DNA of 63,210 nucleotides, filler included, from Asterionella formosa (taxonomy: Eukaryota): assembly GCA_002256025.1 (NCBI GenBank). It is 18 parts of 18 records of this genome, joined end to end, with 100 filler letters (N's around TTAATTAATTAA, not from the genome) between each part and the next. Parts side by side here need not be neighbours in the genome. Positions count along the whole stretch, not along the records: positions 23,467 to 44,052 come from NKIB01003291.1; positions 44,153 to 45,421 come from NKIB01003292.1; positions 45,522 to 46,790 come from NKIB01003294.1; positions 46,891 to 48,159 come from NKIB01003295.1; 14 more parts are not named here. The stretch is one strand, 5' to 3'. Of the stretch, positions 35,362 to 47,345 are shown in pieces. The translations under genes were made by a program, and so were the position numbers. The notes under the pieces were generated by a model. It saw only the letters and a program-made list of their open reading frames with translations, was not told the DNA's origin and searched no databases. Numbering within the stretch: the first letter of the stretch is position 1; the number at the start of each line of letters is the position of its first letter.

Positions 35362-36999
35362 GAGCATCTCTACCGTATCGACCAAATACCCAAGCCAATT
35401 GCAGTTGGGAGTCATTACACGTCATGATGTATTGTCTTGGTCGAAAAAGCAAAAATATTTTAGCTACTGCATTGACCACGACCAAATATGCTTTGGTCTT
35501 GATTGAGGATGACCCCGCCCTTATCGACCAAATATCAGGTATTTTGTTGATTAGATTCCGACCTTAGCCAAACAAAGGAAGCGTTTCTATTGGTCTAGAT
35601 AATAGCTCGCGCCGGCAACATCACGTTGACAGTTTAATTGATCCACAAAGGCTTACAATACACATTTACTACCTTACTTTCTTGATGTAGACAAATAATA
35701 AACAAGTGCAAACACCTTTGAATAATACCTCAGCTATATATAAAACCATCTCATGCATAAAATATGATATATTGCTGAATGTTGTCCTTCAAGGCTTTGA
35801 AGGTGCCAATAAGATATCGTCATCCGTTGGCGTCAAAGCAGGATGTTACATGAGTAGGAGCAGCAGGAGCAGAAGTCGATGAGGATTATTCATCATTGGT
35901 TTCATACAAGACCAAAGTTGAATTATTTTGGCGCTGTCAAGAGCGACAATCGATAGCGATGTGCAAGTTTCGTCAAAGCAGGCAGCATTTTCATTGTGTA
36001 CCGTGATATGTCATCATTGGCAAACTGCTGCATGTACCTGGCTAGTATCCATCTCTCCTTCCCTTGCCTGCAGATCAATATTATGCTCAAGTTTGCTCAG
36101 CATTATGTGAAGTTATGCCATCGGTATATTGTGTAACAGTTTACAGTGTTGATGGTCGATTAATCAGCTGAAGAATTAAAAAAAGAATCCAAGAGAGTTA
36201 CGCCACACAACGAAGGGATTCAACCCAATAAAGGCAATGTCTTTTAATGGAACAAAGTGAAGGAGGGATAAGGTGTGATCCAATTGCATCTCAATAATTC
36301 AAGTGCTTCCAATACTCCATTGTCACACCTATCATCCATCACTGATGATTTTGATGTAGTAGCTGATTCCAAATGAATATAGAATAATATAGTAATTACA
36401 TCTCAATGCTAGTATGATTGATTAGAAAGGTATCAATCTAGCTAATTGGAAAAACTGAAGGGTTTTTCTATTCTAGAATGCCAATATACAAATGCATACT
36501 AGTTATATTAGTTTTTGACGGGCAGTTTAGATAGGCGTAGCACTAGCTGCGTAAGAAAAAGGAATTTACAGGAAATTTGATACTACTAATATTCAAAAAA
36601 CTACAGGTACAGACATTAGCCAAGCAACTTCCTTTGATCCTCCTCCTCCTCCTTCGGTTGCCTTTTCTCGTTTTCTTCCTAATGAGTTGCTATCGTTGCT
36701 CATTTCATCAGGCAGATATGTATGAGTAGCTACCACACACCACACACCACACAGTCCCGACATTTTCTTATTGGTAGTAATCGGGTTTACTGATAGAAAA
36801 ATACACATGTCACAACACTCTAGTGCTATTTATATTCGCTAAAAATTTCGGCGCAAGATTTGACTATTATAGGATTTGGTCAATGCGGTGGGAAAAAATT
36901 CGACAATTGATAAGAAATTTCTCGACCAAGTGAGCGACGTGTATTGATATTTTCAACTGCAATTGGCTTTGGTATTTGGTCGATGCGGTGGAGAAGCTC
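35362..36999. mobile_element. Non-autonomous PIF/Harbinger DNA transposon (1638 bp)
   Basis: Left end gagcatctctaccgtatcgaccaaatacccaagccaattgcagttg matches the reverse complement of the right end gagcttctccaccgcatcgaccaaataccaaagccaattgcagttg. TAA TSD at 35359-35361 and 37000-37002. Confidence 0.88.
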
Positions 37000-38552
37000 T
37001 AAGGGCAGGTCTTAACAGAGATACATGTATTTTTTTCATTTTTAAATTGTATCTTCAGAAAAAATGAATCTTTACAGAGGTGCATTTCACAACTATATGT
37101 CAGTAACGGCAAAACAATTAGTCTGCGAACATGTTCATCAAACTCAGCATTTGAATTTGTCACTTTTGTTATTACTTGGCATTAAATGGTGCCACAAAGG
37201 ATAAAGACTATTTCCATTGCTATGGCGGCAAATCATCAGCCTTCCTCAACATATACTCCTAGTACATTAGAAAATTAGAGCTTCCATTATCACAATTGCC
37301 TCTTGTGTTTTGGCTGGTGTTGATGCTTTCGTTCAATCCATTAGCCTGACAAGGGCTTTCGTCGCTGCAAAAGCAGAAACCATCACTAAAATCCGAATGG
37401 CCGACGTTTTTGAAATCTCTGTCGACATGCCTCACAGTAATTCAGGCTTGCAAGCCAATGTGAAGTTCAAATATAAAACAATCACTTTTTAATAGAAGAA
37501 TTACATGAGAGATGAGAAAATTATGAATCGTTCATCCTCCTTCTGAATGGATAGCTATCGCTTTTTTGACTGCGAATTCCACTTGTATTCACAACGACGA
37601 ACATTTTACCGAATCCTGTCGTTTCGTTTTCGGTTCGCCATGATTAGTAGTTGCCTTTGACGATTTGGATTCTTTGGTTGGTGGTAGATGTTTGGACATG
37701 GATTGTTTCAATTGATTCCTCATAAAAGGGGTTGTTGAAATGTCCTTCCAAATCGTTTTCGTGACACCACTACAAGAACTCGGCGCAAGTTTCTTGCGAT
37801 TGATTGGACAAAGCATAGAAACCCTTGTGAAGTATGCTTGGCCTAACAACAGATGCATGTCATTGTCATCAGGCCTGTATACTAGTAGGACAAGAATGTA
37901 TCCCGCCTTTCGAGCAGAAACAACAATTGTGGTGAGGGCCGCCAACTGTCCTATTCCTTTCCGACTGTGAATGTAAATTCGACTAGACTTGTTCTCTCCG
38001 ACAATGTACATTGTTGGAGCATGATGCACTTGGCAGTGTTGTGAGTAGATAGTCACCATTCTTCCACCAGGCAACCAGTTTTGCTGGTAATTAAACAAGT
38101 TGCAATAGTGATAACTGCAGTTGATCCCTCCTCCAAAAATTCGTTTCTGTTGTTGCCATTAGAGATAACAATGGTGTCTTTGTTGATTAATTTGAATACA
38201 TGACATGAATTCAATTATAAAATTAGTTTTGCTTAAAGCTGTATCTGCAGTGACACACACCAGTGCACATTTCAGAGCAACAAATAATTGTGTTGCTGGA
38301 AGCAACATACCACCCGGATGTTGGAGATACAAAAAATGGGGCTGAGCAACACTTTTAATTGTCGTATATGTATGGCAGGTCTTAAAATATACATAAGTAC
38401 GGTACACACGTTTTTGTACAAAAGGGGTATTCCATCGCCTCAAACATTTGATAATAGAGCACCTGGTTCCGGTATTCATCAACCTGGATCTGTTCGCAAT
38501 AGCGTACGATACTACTATTGATCAAAGACAGAGCAGCTACATAGACTCTACC

Positions 38553-39781
38553 ATGATGGTGTCGAGTGAGCCAGGGGAACCAATGAAGCTGCTGGACACA
38601 GTTACAACACCAGCAAAAGTGCCTGCCCCCTTTTCCAAATCGGAATTCCTGCATCGACTTGAAAGCTTCAAGCCATCCACATACTTTGGAAAACCCGAGT
38701 GCCTCTCTCCCATCATTTGTGCAAGATTTGGGTAAGTTGGTAGGTAAATGCGAACTCTTGCGTATGGAAGGTGCGAAGCCAACACCCTGATGATGGTCAC
38801 TACATACATGTTGCGTGTACACAAACCGCTTGACCATTGTTTGTAGCTTCAAAGGTCCTTCCAAGATAAGAATGATTTACCAAAAACAACTCCAACCTTC
38901 CAAGCGTATGAAGAGATGAAGCTACACTTGAATCAACATCGCTAAACCTTTCATCTCTCCTTTCATTTTGTACCAGCTGGAGCAACCCGACCGCGGACAT
39001 TGTGGTATGTGAACATTGCAATGCAGCTTTAGCCATCAAGCTTCATTCAAGCTTGACGCCTGCTACCAGAAGAAAAATGGCACAAGAGTATAGATTAAAG
39101 CTTTGTTCCGCTCACAAAGTAACATGCCCGTTTTTTTCTCAAAGGGTTTTGCCAAATGATGGTGCAATACCCTCATGGATGGCATCAGTAGTTCCTGACT
39201 ATATCATGGAGCTTATGGATTCGCCAACTCCCGGTCTTGTGGCGGAAAGAAAGATGAAAGAAATAGAGGAGCTAATAGGTGCTAACCATAAACTCGAAAT
39301 CGATTTATCTGCCCTGGGGAAACGACAAGGCCTTGTCATGGATGTACTTTTCAAGCTTGGGTTTCCCCCAAAGTCCTACCATTCGTTGGTAATATTTGGC
39401 TGGGAACCTGTTGAAGCTAAGGATAGCAAGCTTCAATGTGGTTTATGTTTGGCGCAATATGAGTCAGATCGAGCGGGAGATGATAATCAAAGCACAGATC
39501 CACCCACTAGCAAGAGGCACCGAATATCAAACACCAAGGATCTGCTCTATACTCATCGGCACTATTGTCCGATTCAATGCGGTTTCCCTACTGATTCTGC
39601 CTTGGCTCAACCCCTGTGGCAGGAAATTGCGAACCGTATACTCGATGAGTTGCCACCGCAAGAGTTGGATCCTCTGGAGCGATTCCAATCTATTCAGCAA
39701 ATGCTGTCAAGTGCAATTTCAGACAGCATTGCTGAAAGGAAGAAAACGAACGATGCTTTGGTCCCATCCTGTAGGCCTTAG
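38553..39781 (+). CDS. ZC3HC1: NIPA/ZC3HC1-like (zf-C3HC + Rsm1-like) protein; exons 38553-38731 and 38977-39781
   Basis: RLESF...YFGKP..LSPIICARFGW...VCEHC...H..TCP and a second GW...LQCGLC...HRHYCP module. 245-nt GT-AG intron restores CARFGW. Confidence 0.85.
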
Positions 39782-39939
39782 ATAATGATTGCCATAGTGA
39801 CGAATCGACGATTCACAAAAGATTTTATCGTACTTTCTTGCTGCACGGATTTGGCTGGTTTCACCGTTGATATAAATCACATCACTAGGAATCTAATTTG
39901 GAGATTCAACTGAAAAACTATCTTGAACAATGATATAGA

Positions 39940-41379
39940 CTATAACTGCATTGATTTCAGTAACTTGAACAATGCAGCTGCCTCGCGTATCCTAGAGAAT
40001 TCGATGCAAAATGCTTGCACTTCATAGAAAAGATCATCAACATTAACAATTTCATTTCGAATGAGGCTCTGTAAAAACACACAAACCAGACGAACCAATC
40101 GATTTTGAGTGTGACAGTCATGAATATTCTCACAGCTTGCAATACAATTCGATATATATAGATGGATGTATTCAGGATGGAGCAAGGGATCTTGGCCCAG
40201 GGACGTGGGCACGTTGGTGGCCAACCTATTCACCACTTCCATGCTGTGCAAGCTCATGTCCATTCCTACCAAGGCAGAAAGATAGTCATTCTGGAGAGAT
40301 TCGGGGCAAGTTGATAGGATCCGTAATAAGCACTCATGAGCAATCAAGGGATTGTTTTCGACTAGGCGAGGCAGTGTCTGTGGAGAAAGACAGCTTTCCT
40401 CTATGAGTCGGAATGCTACCGAGTCGTCCTCGCCTTCAGCCTTACTGGACAGAAACTCAATAACTTTGCGCTGACCTTCAGGGGCTAACGGCCTTTCAAA
40501 GGCTTGATCAGAAACTAACGACAATATTTCACGGTATCGTTCATTTGCCTTATTGTCGTCCTCGTTATCGGGAAGCAACAAAAGGCGAAGGGTGGTTGGG
40601 GTCAACCAAACAAGCTCGGCGCGCAAGTAGTCCAAAAGTTCTGCATCGTCTTCTGGAGTGAGAGGCTCTTCGCTTTCATAACCCATGGAAGGCAATAGAG
40701 GAGGAGGAAGTGGGCGCGGAAAGGGAGCCTCCACAGAGGGAAAGGGGCCAAGCACATTCTCCTGCGAGGTGCTCTCCTCTGAGGACGATAACTTGTCCAC
40801 CAATCGCTTCAATTCTTTTAATTCTGCTTCGCTTTCCATCCAAATCATTGGAGAAATAAAAGACTTGTCGAACGAATCACTCCACGTTCGGATAACTTCT
40901 TCGAGCAGCGCTTCCGTGTCCTCTGGCAAAGGGCCAAGGTCCAATAGTTTCATGAGTTTTCCGTGAGATTCAGTCCCAATCATGATCGGAAGCAATGATT
41001 CCAGCAGTTCATTTAGACACGACTCTTCAAGCTCGTCTTCTGGATTCTTCGCTTCAAATTTATAAAGCAGAGAAAGTGCATGGTGCATAAGTATGTCAAA
41101 GAATGGGTTTCGTTTCATTGGGTCATCTAACGAGCAGATAGCTTCCAACACGCATAAACACCCAAGCCGCTGCTTCCAAGACAATTCCTGGCGGTCGTCT
41201 AGGAGTCTATGAGCAGCCCAACCCATATGAAATGGACTGCATGATTGAGATTCGCTAGAGACTGCTAACGACACCAAAGATCGAAACTTATTCACAAGCT
41301 CAGCGACAGAAACGTCGCCTGATTCCTCCTTGGCTTCCGCAAGGCGAGTCCAGAGATCTTCGACAAAGCCATCTATCAT
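39940..41379 (-). CDS. CNOT11: CCR4-NOT subunit 11 (DUF2363)
   Basis: [74 protein letters not shown]. Confidence 0.95.
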   Translation of the reverse strand: MIDGFVEDLWTRLAEAKEESGDVSVAELVNKFRSLVSLAVSSESQSCSPFHMGWAAHRLLDDRQELSWKQRLGCLCVLEAICSLDDPMKRNPFFDILMHHALSLLYKFEAKNPEDELEESCLNELLESLLPIMIGTESHGKLMKLLDLGPLPEDTEALLEEVIRTWSDSFDKSFISPMIWMESEAELKELKRLVDKLSSSEESTSQENVLGPFPSVEAPFPRPLPPPLLPSMGYESEEPLTPEDDAELLDYLRAELVWLTPTTLRLLLLPDNEDDNKANERYREILSLVSDQAFERPLAPEGQRKVIEFLSSKAEGEDDSVAFRLIEESCLSPQTLPRLVENNPLIAHECLLRILSTCPESLQNDYLSALVGMDMSLHSMEVVNRLATNVPTSLGQDPLLHPEYIHLYISNCIASCENIHDCHTQNRLVRLVCVFLQSLIRNEIVNVDDLFYEVQAFCIEFSRIREAAALFKLLKSMQL

Positions 41380-42844
41380 TTCATTGAGTAAGGAGCCGAT
41401 GGGCTACTGTAGGCGATAATTCTTTCTATCAGGGTACCAGGTGCAGTAGATTTAAAAGTCAATGATATTATTGCAAGAAGACGTTTCTCAAGTTCTGTTG
41501 GACCGCGAGGATCTATCTAGAGGCAGACTGTCACTCCATTATACTACCGGTATATGTATGAGGCCAGGTCGCCGCTTACATAATAGGACACGAAAGTACC
41601 CTGTAAAAGCAAAATGGTACGTTTTCAACCGGTTTTTGCCTCCAAATCGTGTCACAACATTTTCCAATACAAGGTTTCATCAATCATTAATAATAATGTG
41701 ACTGAAGAAAAGACAAGTCCCGTTGTACCATACGGATTATAAGGTAAAAGCATCAAATTTTCTTGCATCATAATCATCCTTTCTTGTTGAAAACGATTGT
41801 CACAAAATTAGATAGTCGATGTATTTACTTCGCTTTCCATACAGCAATATGTGCTGTCTCTTGGTAAGTCAATTTCTATGCTACAAACAAAGGTGTTGAT
41901 TGGAAGAGATTTCTCATATTTAGACAGTGTAACATTTTAGAGTAGCTTGCTCATCATGTTTCATCTCAATTGTACAGAATCAACTATCTTTTATTTTAAG
42001 GTCATCGCAGTTTTGTTGACTCCATTTATCTACAATGTCATCGAAGAAAGTACTGGTAGACAGTAGCACATTTCACTCCCAAGGACAGAAGAGGCTCGTA
42101 TCAAATACTATCAGTAGAAGTAAATTCCAACAAAAGGCCGTGTCCACAGGAAACAGAAAATAAACCAATGACTGTCTAAACAAATCACATCAAGGTCATG
42201 ATGATGCAACTTACCACCCCTCATCAAGCACTGATACTCCAGCTTCAAGTGAAAAAGGAACGTCATCCATTCTTCGTTATATTTCTCAGAGATCTACTAC
42301 TCCATCGTCAATAGGTACACCATCTGCCGCAAATGGTCTCATCAACATCTACAAAGCCGATTATTGGTACAGCAACAAGAAAGAAAAACGCTAGTCAAAC
42401 ATGATTACCCAAATTAATAATTTAGGTGGCCCAATATAGTGAGTTTCGCTATGTACATAATTTAAGGGTATGGTATCACATAAAAATATGATGCATCACA
42501 TAATATTTATGTTAGGTGTGAACTAAAAAAGCTTCGACAACTGGCATATTTTATTTTTGAAACCCACATAATTTTTGGGGCAAACTAACACAATAACAAA
42601 TGAGAGGAAGATGGCATGATCATTGTCGTCAAATTGTCAGAGATTTGTTGTAGCTGTTGCTGACATAATTACATTTTTCATTTAATTTTGTCATCCTATG
42701 TCACAGTCAATGGGTGGCTGACAAGATTTAAGTTTTCCAGGAAAAATTTTTACTTCTGAACACCATTGTTGTGTAAGCTCCCCTCCATCCATCTACCATT
42801 GGGCTGAAAAGACATCCCCTAACCCTAATGTAATCAGAAGTTCA

Positions 42845-43013
42845 TTTGCTGCTTAAGTTTAAGCAAGATTGATGTTTGCTTCTTAATATTAAGCAAGATG
42901 TAAGTTTGCTTCTTAAGTTCAAGAAAGATGTAAGTTTGCTTCTTGCTTAAGTTCAAGCAAGATGTAAGTTTCCTGCTTAAGTTCAAGCAAGATGTCAGTT
43001 GCCTGCTTAAGTT
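42845..43013. repeat. ~30-bp minisatellite, ~5-6 copies
   Basis: Consensus approximately gcttaagttcaagcaagatgtaagtttgctt. Confidence 0.9.
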
Positions 43014-43377
43014 AAAAGTTTCCTTGATGGGAATGCTGGCGTGTTTGCATTTTGTCATGCTGGCCCATCCCAAACAATGTTGAAGTGTAACGCCTTTAAC
43101 ATACCCGCAAATAGTATACACTAAACGGCAGTTATCTGGTGGTTAGTCTACACTTTTTGTATACTTTTAGACTCTACTCAATTCCTCGCACGTACTAGGT
43201 TCCACGATGCTCCTCAGGTAGCCGTACAAAAGTATACACTCAAGTGTATACTTTCAACTTCAACTATCTGGGTGTGCTTTGTGGACGTACAATGTCAGTA
43301 GCGCAGCACCAGGTAGGAGGTAATTGATATTCTACACCACCAGCCAGCGGCCGTTTTCAATTCCCGACTCGATCAAC

Positions 43378-43510
43378 TAGTACCAGGTACCAGGGTACCG
43401 GTATGCGGGTACAGGTACAAATGTATCAGTGCCAAGTACCTGGTACCGGTACCTGTAATCCGGTACCTCGTAAAAGGGGTACTCACCTGGTACCAGGGTA
43501 CCAGGGGTAC
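43378..43510. repeat. Longest TA-(C..G)-TA array in the window
   Basis: TA-CCAGG-TA-CCAGGG-TA-CCGG-TA...TA-CAGG-TA...TA-CCTGG-TA-CCGG-TA-CCTG-TA...TA-CCAGGG-TA-CCAGGGG-TA. Confidence 0.9.
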
Positions 43511-43667
43511 CGTGCAGGAGGTAGAGGCATGTACGGGTGTTATGTACTGTAGTCACCACTGTAAATTCTTGTTCTGACTCCTTCATCACTCATACAAATA
43601 GGAAAGTCACAATCACCATACCGCATCAACTTATTCTTCACAACAACTTGTGCTTTTGACAACAAGA

Positions 43668-44052
43668 ATGCCTGGAGGCCGTAGACATCCTGCATTTTGT
43701 TCTAAAGGGACAGATGAACCTGTTGTAGTAATTGGAGGCAATATTGATGTCCATGATGAGCACTTGGGTCAAATTCAAGAGACAGAAGATAACAGGCGAA
43801 AGCTGAAAACAAAACAGGAACACCGCAACAGATTGAAGGTAATAATTCAATGGTTGAAAGATCAATACCCTCAGTATACTGCAGCAGGTGGAGTTATTTC
43901 AATTTCTCAAGAGCATGCAAGAAACAACCCAAATTTTTTCCGACACACAAACACAGAAGACTTAAAGTACAATGGGATCAATGTCACTCTCATCAAAGCA
44001 TTTCTTAGCTCTGCGAAGCGAAAATCAAATGGAAAAATATGCTCATTTTCAA
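43668..44052 (+). mobile_element. 5' part of an ORF resembling the N-terminal region of stramenopile Crypton-like tyrosine recombinases (truncated by linker)
   Basis: HRNRLKVIIQWLKDQYP...DLKYNGINVTLIKAFLS..KRKSNGK pattern recalled from diatom Crypton-like proteins; catalytic domain not in the window. Confidence 0.4.
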
Positions 44053-44873
44053 NNNNNNNNNNNNNNNNNNNNNNNNNNNNNNNNNNNNNNNNNNNNTTAA
44101 TTAATTAANNNNNNNNNNNNNNNNNNNNNNNNNNNNNNNNNNNNNNNNNNNNACCGGAATGTGACATACCGGTCCCAGGTAGTATGTAACGGTACATCCA
44201 TTCACAATACTGTACATCGTCACATCTCTATGTACCGTACATCAATCCCAATAGAAAATAATTGCAAGAAATTATGTACCGGTACATGGTAGACGACTGA
44301 CCTGTATATTTTTTTAGTCGTATCAAAGTGAAAATACTCGTCCCAACGGCCTTGATGGGGATATAAATAGAGACATAGATAGAAGATGATCTACAAATCA
44401 TATTCATGAACGCATATATGTATGATTTTGGTCACATTAGAATATTTCATAGTATGATCCTATGTAGATATGATCTAGCTGCAGTCGATACAGGAACGCA
44501 CATGGTATGTGCGACGACTTTGTTTCGTAGAACAGGTAAGTCAGAGCTAACAAGAAAAGAGAAGAAGCAAGCTGGCTAAATAAATATGAATTTGTGGCTT
44601 ATAGCAATATTTGACATGTGTATGTCTACCCTCTAATAAATCACATGTATGTGGATTGTCGATTCCGTTTGAACGAAGTAATTCTGTGGGAAATTTGATA
44701 CATAAAATGCATATATACAGAAGGTTTTTGGACAAAAAATGATTGTTTGCAAGAATCTTTTCTGATGATGTTTTGGCAAATACTTATTATGATTCCAATG
44801 TTTTGGAGACTATTAGAAAGACTGATTTGGTCATTGTTTCAGACAATGATTGCTCAATATTGGAGTGGTTTGA

Positions 44874-44980
44874 AGGCAAATGAAATACAAAGGTAATCTT
44901 CATATAGATTCAACATTACTCAATTGAGGCAAATGAAATACAAAGGTAATCTTCATATAGATTCAACATTACTCAATTGA
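44874..44980. repeat. Exact 53-bp tandem duplication
   Basis: aggcaaatgaaatacaaaggtaatcttcatatagattcaacattactcaattg twice. Confidence 0.95.
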
Positions 44981-45926
44981 ACTTGCCGGCATTACAATCC
45001 TGACTCTTGCCTAGCTATTTTTCCTTGAACAAAGCATAAGTCAGCAGTCTGTAGCAGTGCTGCTGAAACCTTCCTCATTCACCATGTCTTATTTGGACAC
45101 TGCCGCTCCTGTTGCTTACTCCTCTACTCTTATTCACGCTCACCTTGCTCTGCTAAACCTCACTGCTGGTTTAGCCACAGCTAAATCCGCCCTTCCCTCC
45201 AGAGAAAACGAAGCTTGCCTAGCTACTTTGCTTGAATACTTCTAACAGCATTTTCTTCAAACAAAAACCTATCCAAGAAGCTGTTTGCTATTCGTGCCAG
45301 CCACATTGTCTTCCAACAGGCACCAACGGCAAGAATATCGCTTTCATCTGATCTCTCTACTGCACTGTCAATCCAACTATCTCCTCTCTCAACTCCTAAT
45401 AACATTTACAGTATTGTCTGANNNNNNNNNNNNNNNNNNNNNNNNNNNNNNNNNNNNNNNNNNNNTTAATTAATTAANNNNNNNNNNNNNNNNNNNNNNN
45501 NNNNNNNNNNNNNNNNNNNNNTATAAATAGTTAGTAACACTACTACAAATGATCCTAACTTTAACCAATAGGGAATCTTGTAGGGTACTGTAAATCGAGG
45601 ACAAAGGATGTGCGGTTCTTCACTTTGGCCAGAAAAGACTCTTGGAGACTTCAGGAAATTCCAGGAATTTCCTGAAGTTTCCTTACGCATTTCCTTATTT
45701 TTCCTGACATTTCCTCAAGTTTCTTGAATGTCATTGTCATTTACTGGAATAGTCATAATGTTTTCCTGAAAATCATGGTCATACATGCTTTGTATTCTCG
45801 TTTTTGCAATTAGAAGAATTTCGCTATTTATTTCGCTGAATCGTGCTATGAATAGAAGATGTCCTTTAGTACTACATACCGGCATACATGAAAAAATATG
45901 TCGCTATCTGGTGACACGTTGTCAGG

Positions 45927-46200
45927 AAAATGACCGCAACTTGCTGGTATAACAACCAGATGCGGTCATTTTGCTTAAAAAAACCAATTTGATACGGGAT
46001 AAAGACAGCTAAATCCTTTGTTCAGCAAATTTATAGCAACTTGCTGGTAAGTGAAGCATGTACCATGCAGGCAAGTGGTACCTGGTACCCTGGTACCAGG
46101 TACAAGCACGTTGCGGTCATTTTGCTTAAACCAACATTTTAATCTTGGATAAAGATAGCTAAATCTTTATTTTCAGCAAAATTTACCGCAACTTGCAGGT
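45927..46200. repeat. Degenerate ~100-bp tandem repeat with internal hairpin; second unit carries a 53-bp insertion ending in a TA array
   Basis: gcaacttgctggta...tgcggtcattttgcttaaa repeated; IR aaaatgaccgca/tgcggtcatttt; insert 46050-46102. Confidence 0.75.
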
Positions 46201-46657
46201 ACTCCAGTAGATCCAAAGCATCACGTACCGACCTCAATTTATGCAGCATCAGAATCCGTGATCCGTTTTATACGTACGTACATGTGACGCAACATGCACA
46301 AAAAAGTATTGAATGCAGTGAGTCATCATTATGGGGGTTTTCCGCACCTGAAATCCAATACCGGGTAACTGAAAAGGAAGTTTAGCTTTGTCAGTCAGGG
46401 GCAGTTAATTCAACCTAAAATTCCACATCCACCTTCTGTATTGGATCCACGTACCGAAGGGCTTAACAAACCCGGAGGTAAGATTGCTACAGATCTGCAG
46501 ACATGGACCAAACAAATCACTATCGGTAGACTACTTACTACTTTAAGAGGCGTTGAGTACCATCAGGTAATCCACACCTGACTGCTTGACTTGTTTGCAC
46601 TAAGAGTGCGGTTCAAAGTCTACAGTATACCACCGGTACTCCTTCCGACCTGCAATC

Positions 46658-46790
46658 ATGGCTGCGTTTTCCTTTACAGCTCCCACATTCACTGAGCAAG
46701 ATGCTCTCACAGAACGAGAGTCCCTGGCGGAAGAGGTGAGACAACAACTTGAAGATGAGTGCTTTGGACGAGTCGCGCCGGTGCGAGAAA
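46658..46790 (+). CDS. 5' fragment of a protein-coding gene (possibly a diatom CRAL-TRIO-like family N-terminus), truncated
   Basis: ATG in atcATGg context; ERESLAEEVRQQLEDECFG resembles the E..LS.EER....D..G leader of that family; only 44 codons visible. Confidence 0.35.
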
Positions 46791-46899
46791 NNNNNNNNNN
46801 NNNNNNNNNNNNNNNNNNNNNNNNNNNNNNNNNNTTAATTAATTAANNNNNNNNNNNNNNNNNNNNNNNNNNNNNNNNNNNNNNNNNNNNTTTTCTTTA

Positions 46900-47345
46900 T
46901 CCTTTGGCTTCACATGCCCAGGTTACTCAATGCCTTCATCTGCAAGTTCAGCCAAGCAGGCCCACGTTGGCGTCAAGAAAACATAAACCCCGATTCTCCT
47001 AACATGCTCCACCCATTGACTTCTTCATTGATGAAGTCGAGGTAGCTATACTGACGACATCAGGTGGCGCAGGCTTGTGTATAGATTGATGATGCTGAAA
47101 TCATTGCTTCCTTTTCCCGTAGGTACCTATTTGTCAACATTGTTTGGGTCAATCTATTCTTGTTCCCGCAAGACCAGCAGAAGCAATTATCCCTTTACTT
47201 CTCCTCCCAAGAACCTTCATTTCTCTTTCACAATTGTCCTGATGTTTGCAGAGCATTTTAAGTTCCCTTTTGATTTTTCCACTGGTTTCGATCCCTTTTG
47301 CATTCAAGTCAAGAAACAAGCAACTCATTGAGATTTCTGGAGGTT
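46900..47345 (-). pseudogene. Decayed Tc1/mariner-superfamily (DDE_3-like) transposase
   Basis: Minus-strand remnants with stops and frameshifts: KGIETSGK..ELKMLC, GEVKG*LLLLVLREQE*IDPNN, SLRHLMS, DFINEE, LTP...AELADEGIE*/TWAC-AK (cf. KGLxQVLxERG and PKxHxELxxIExxW). Confidence 0.65.

Noticed and set aside
38787..38935. Intronic C/D snoRNA
   Set aside because: A TGATGA is present but there is no convincing CTGA D box or terminal stem.
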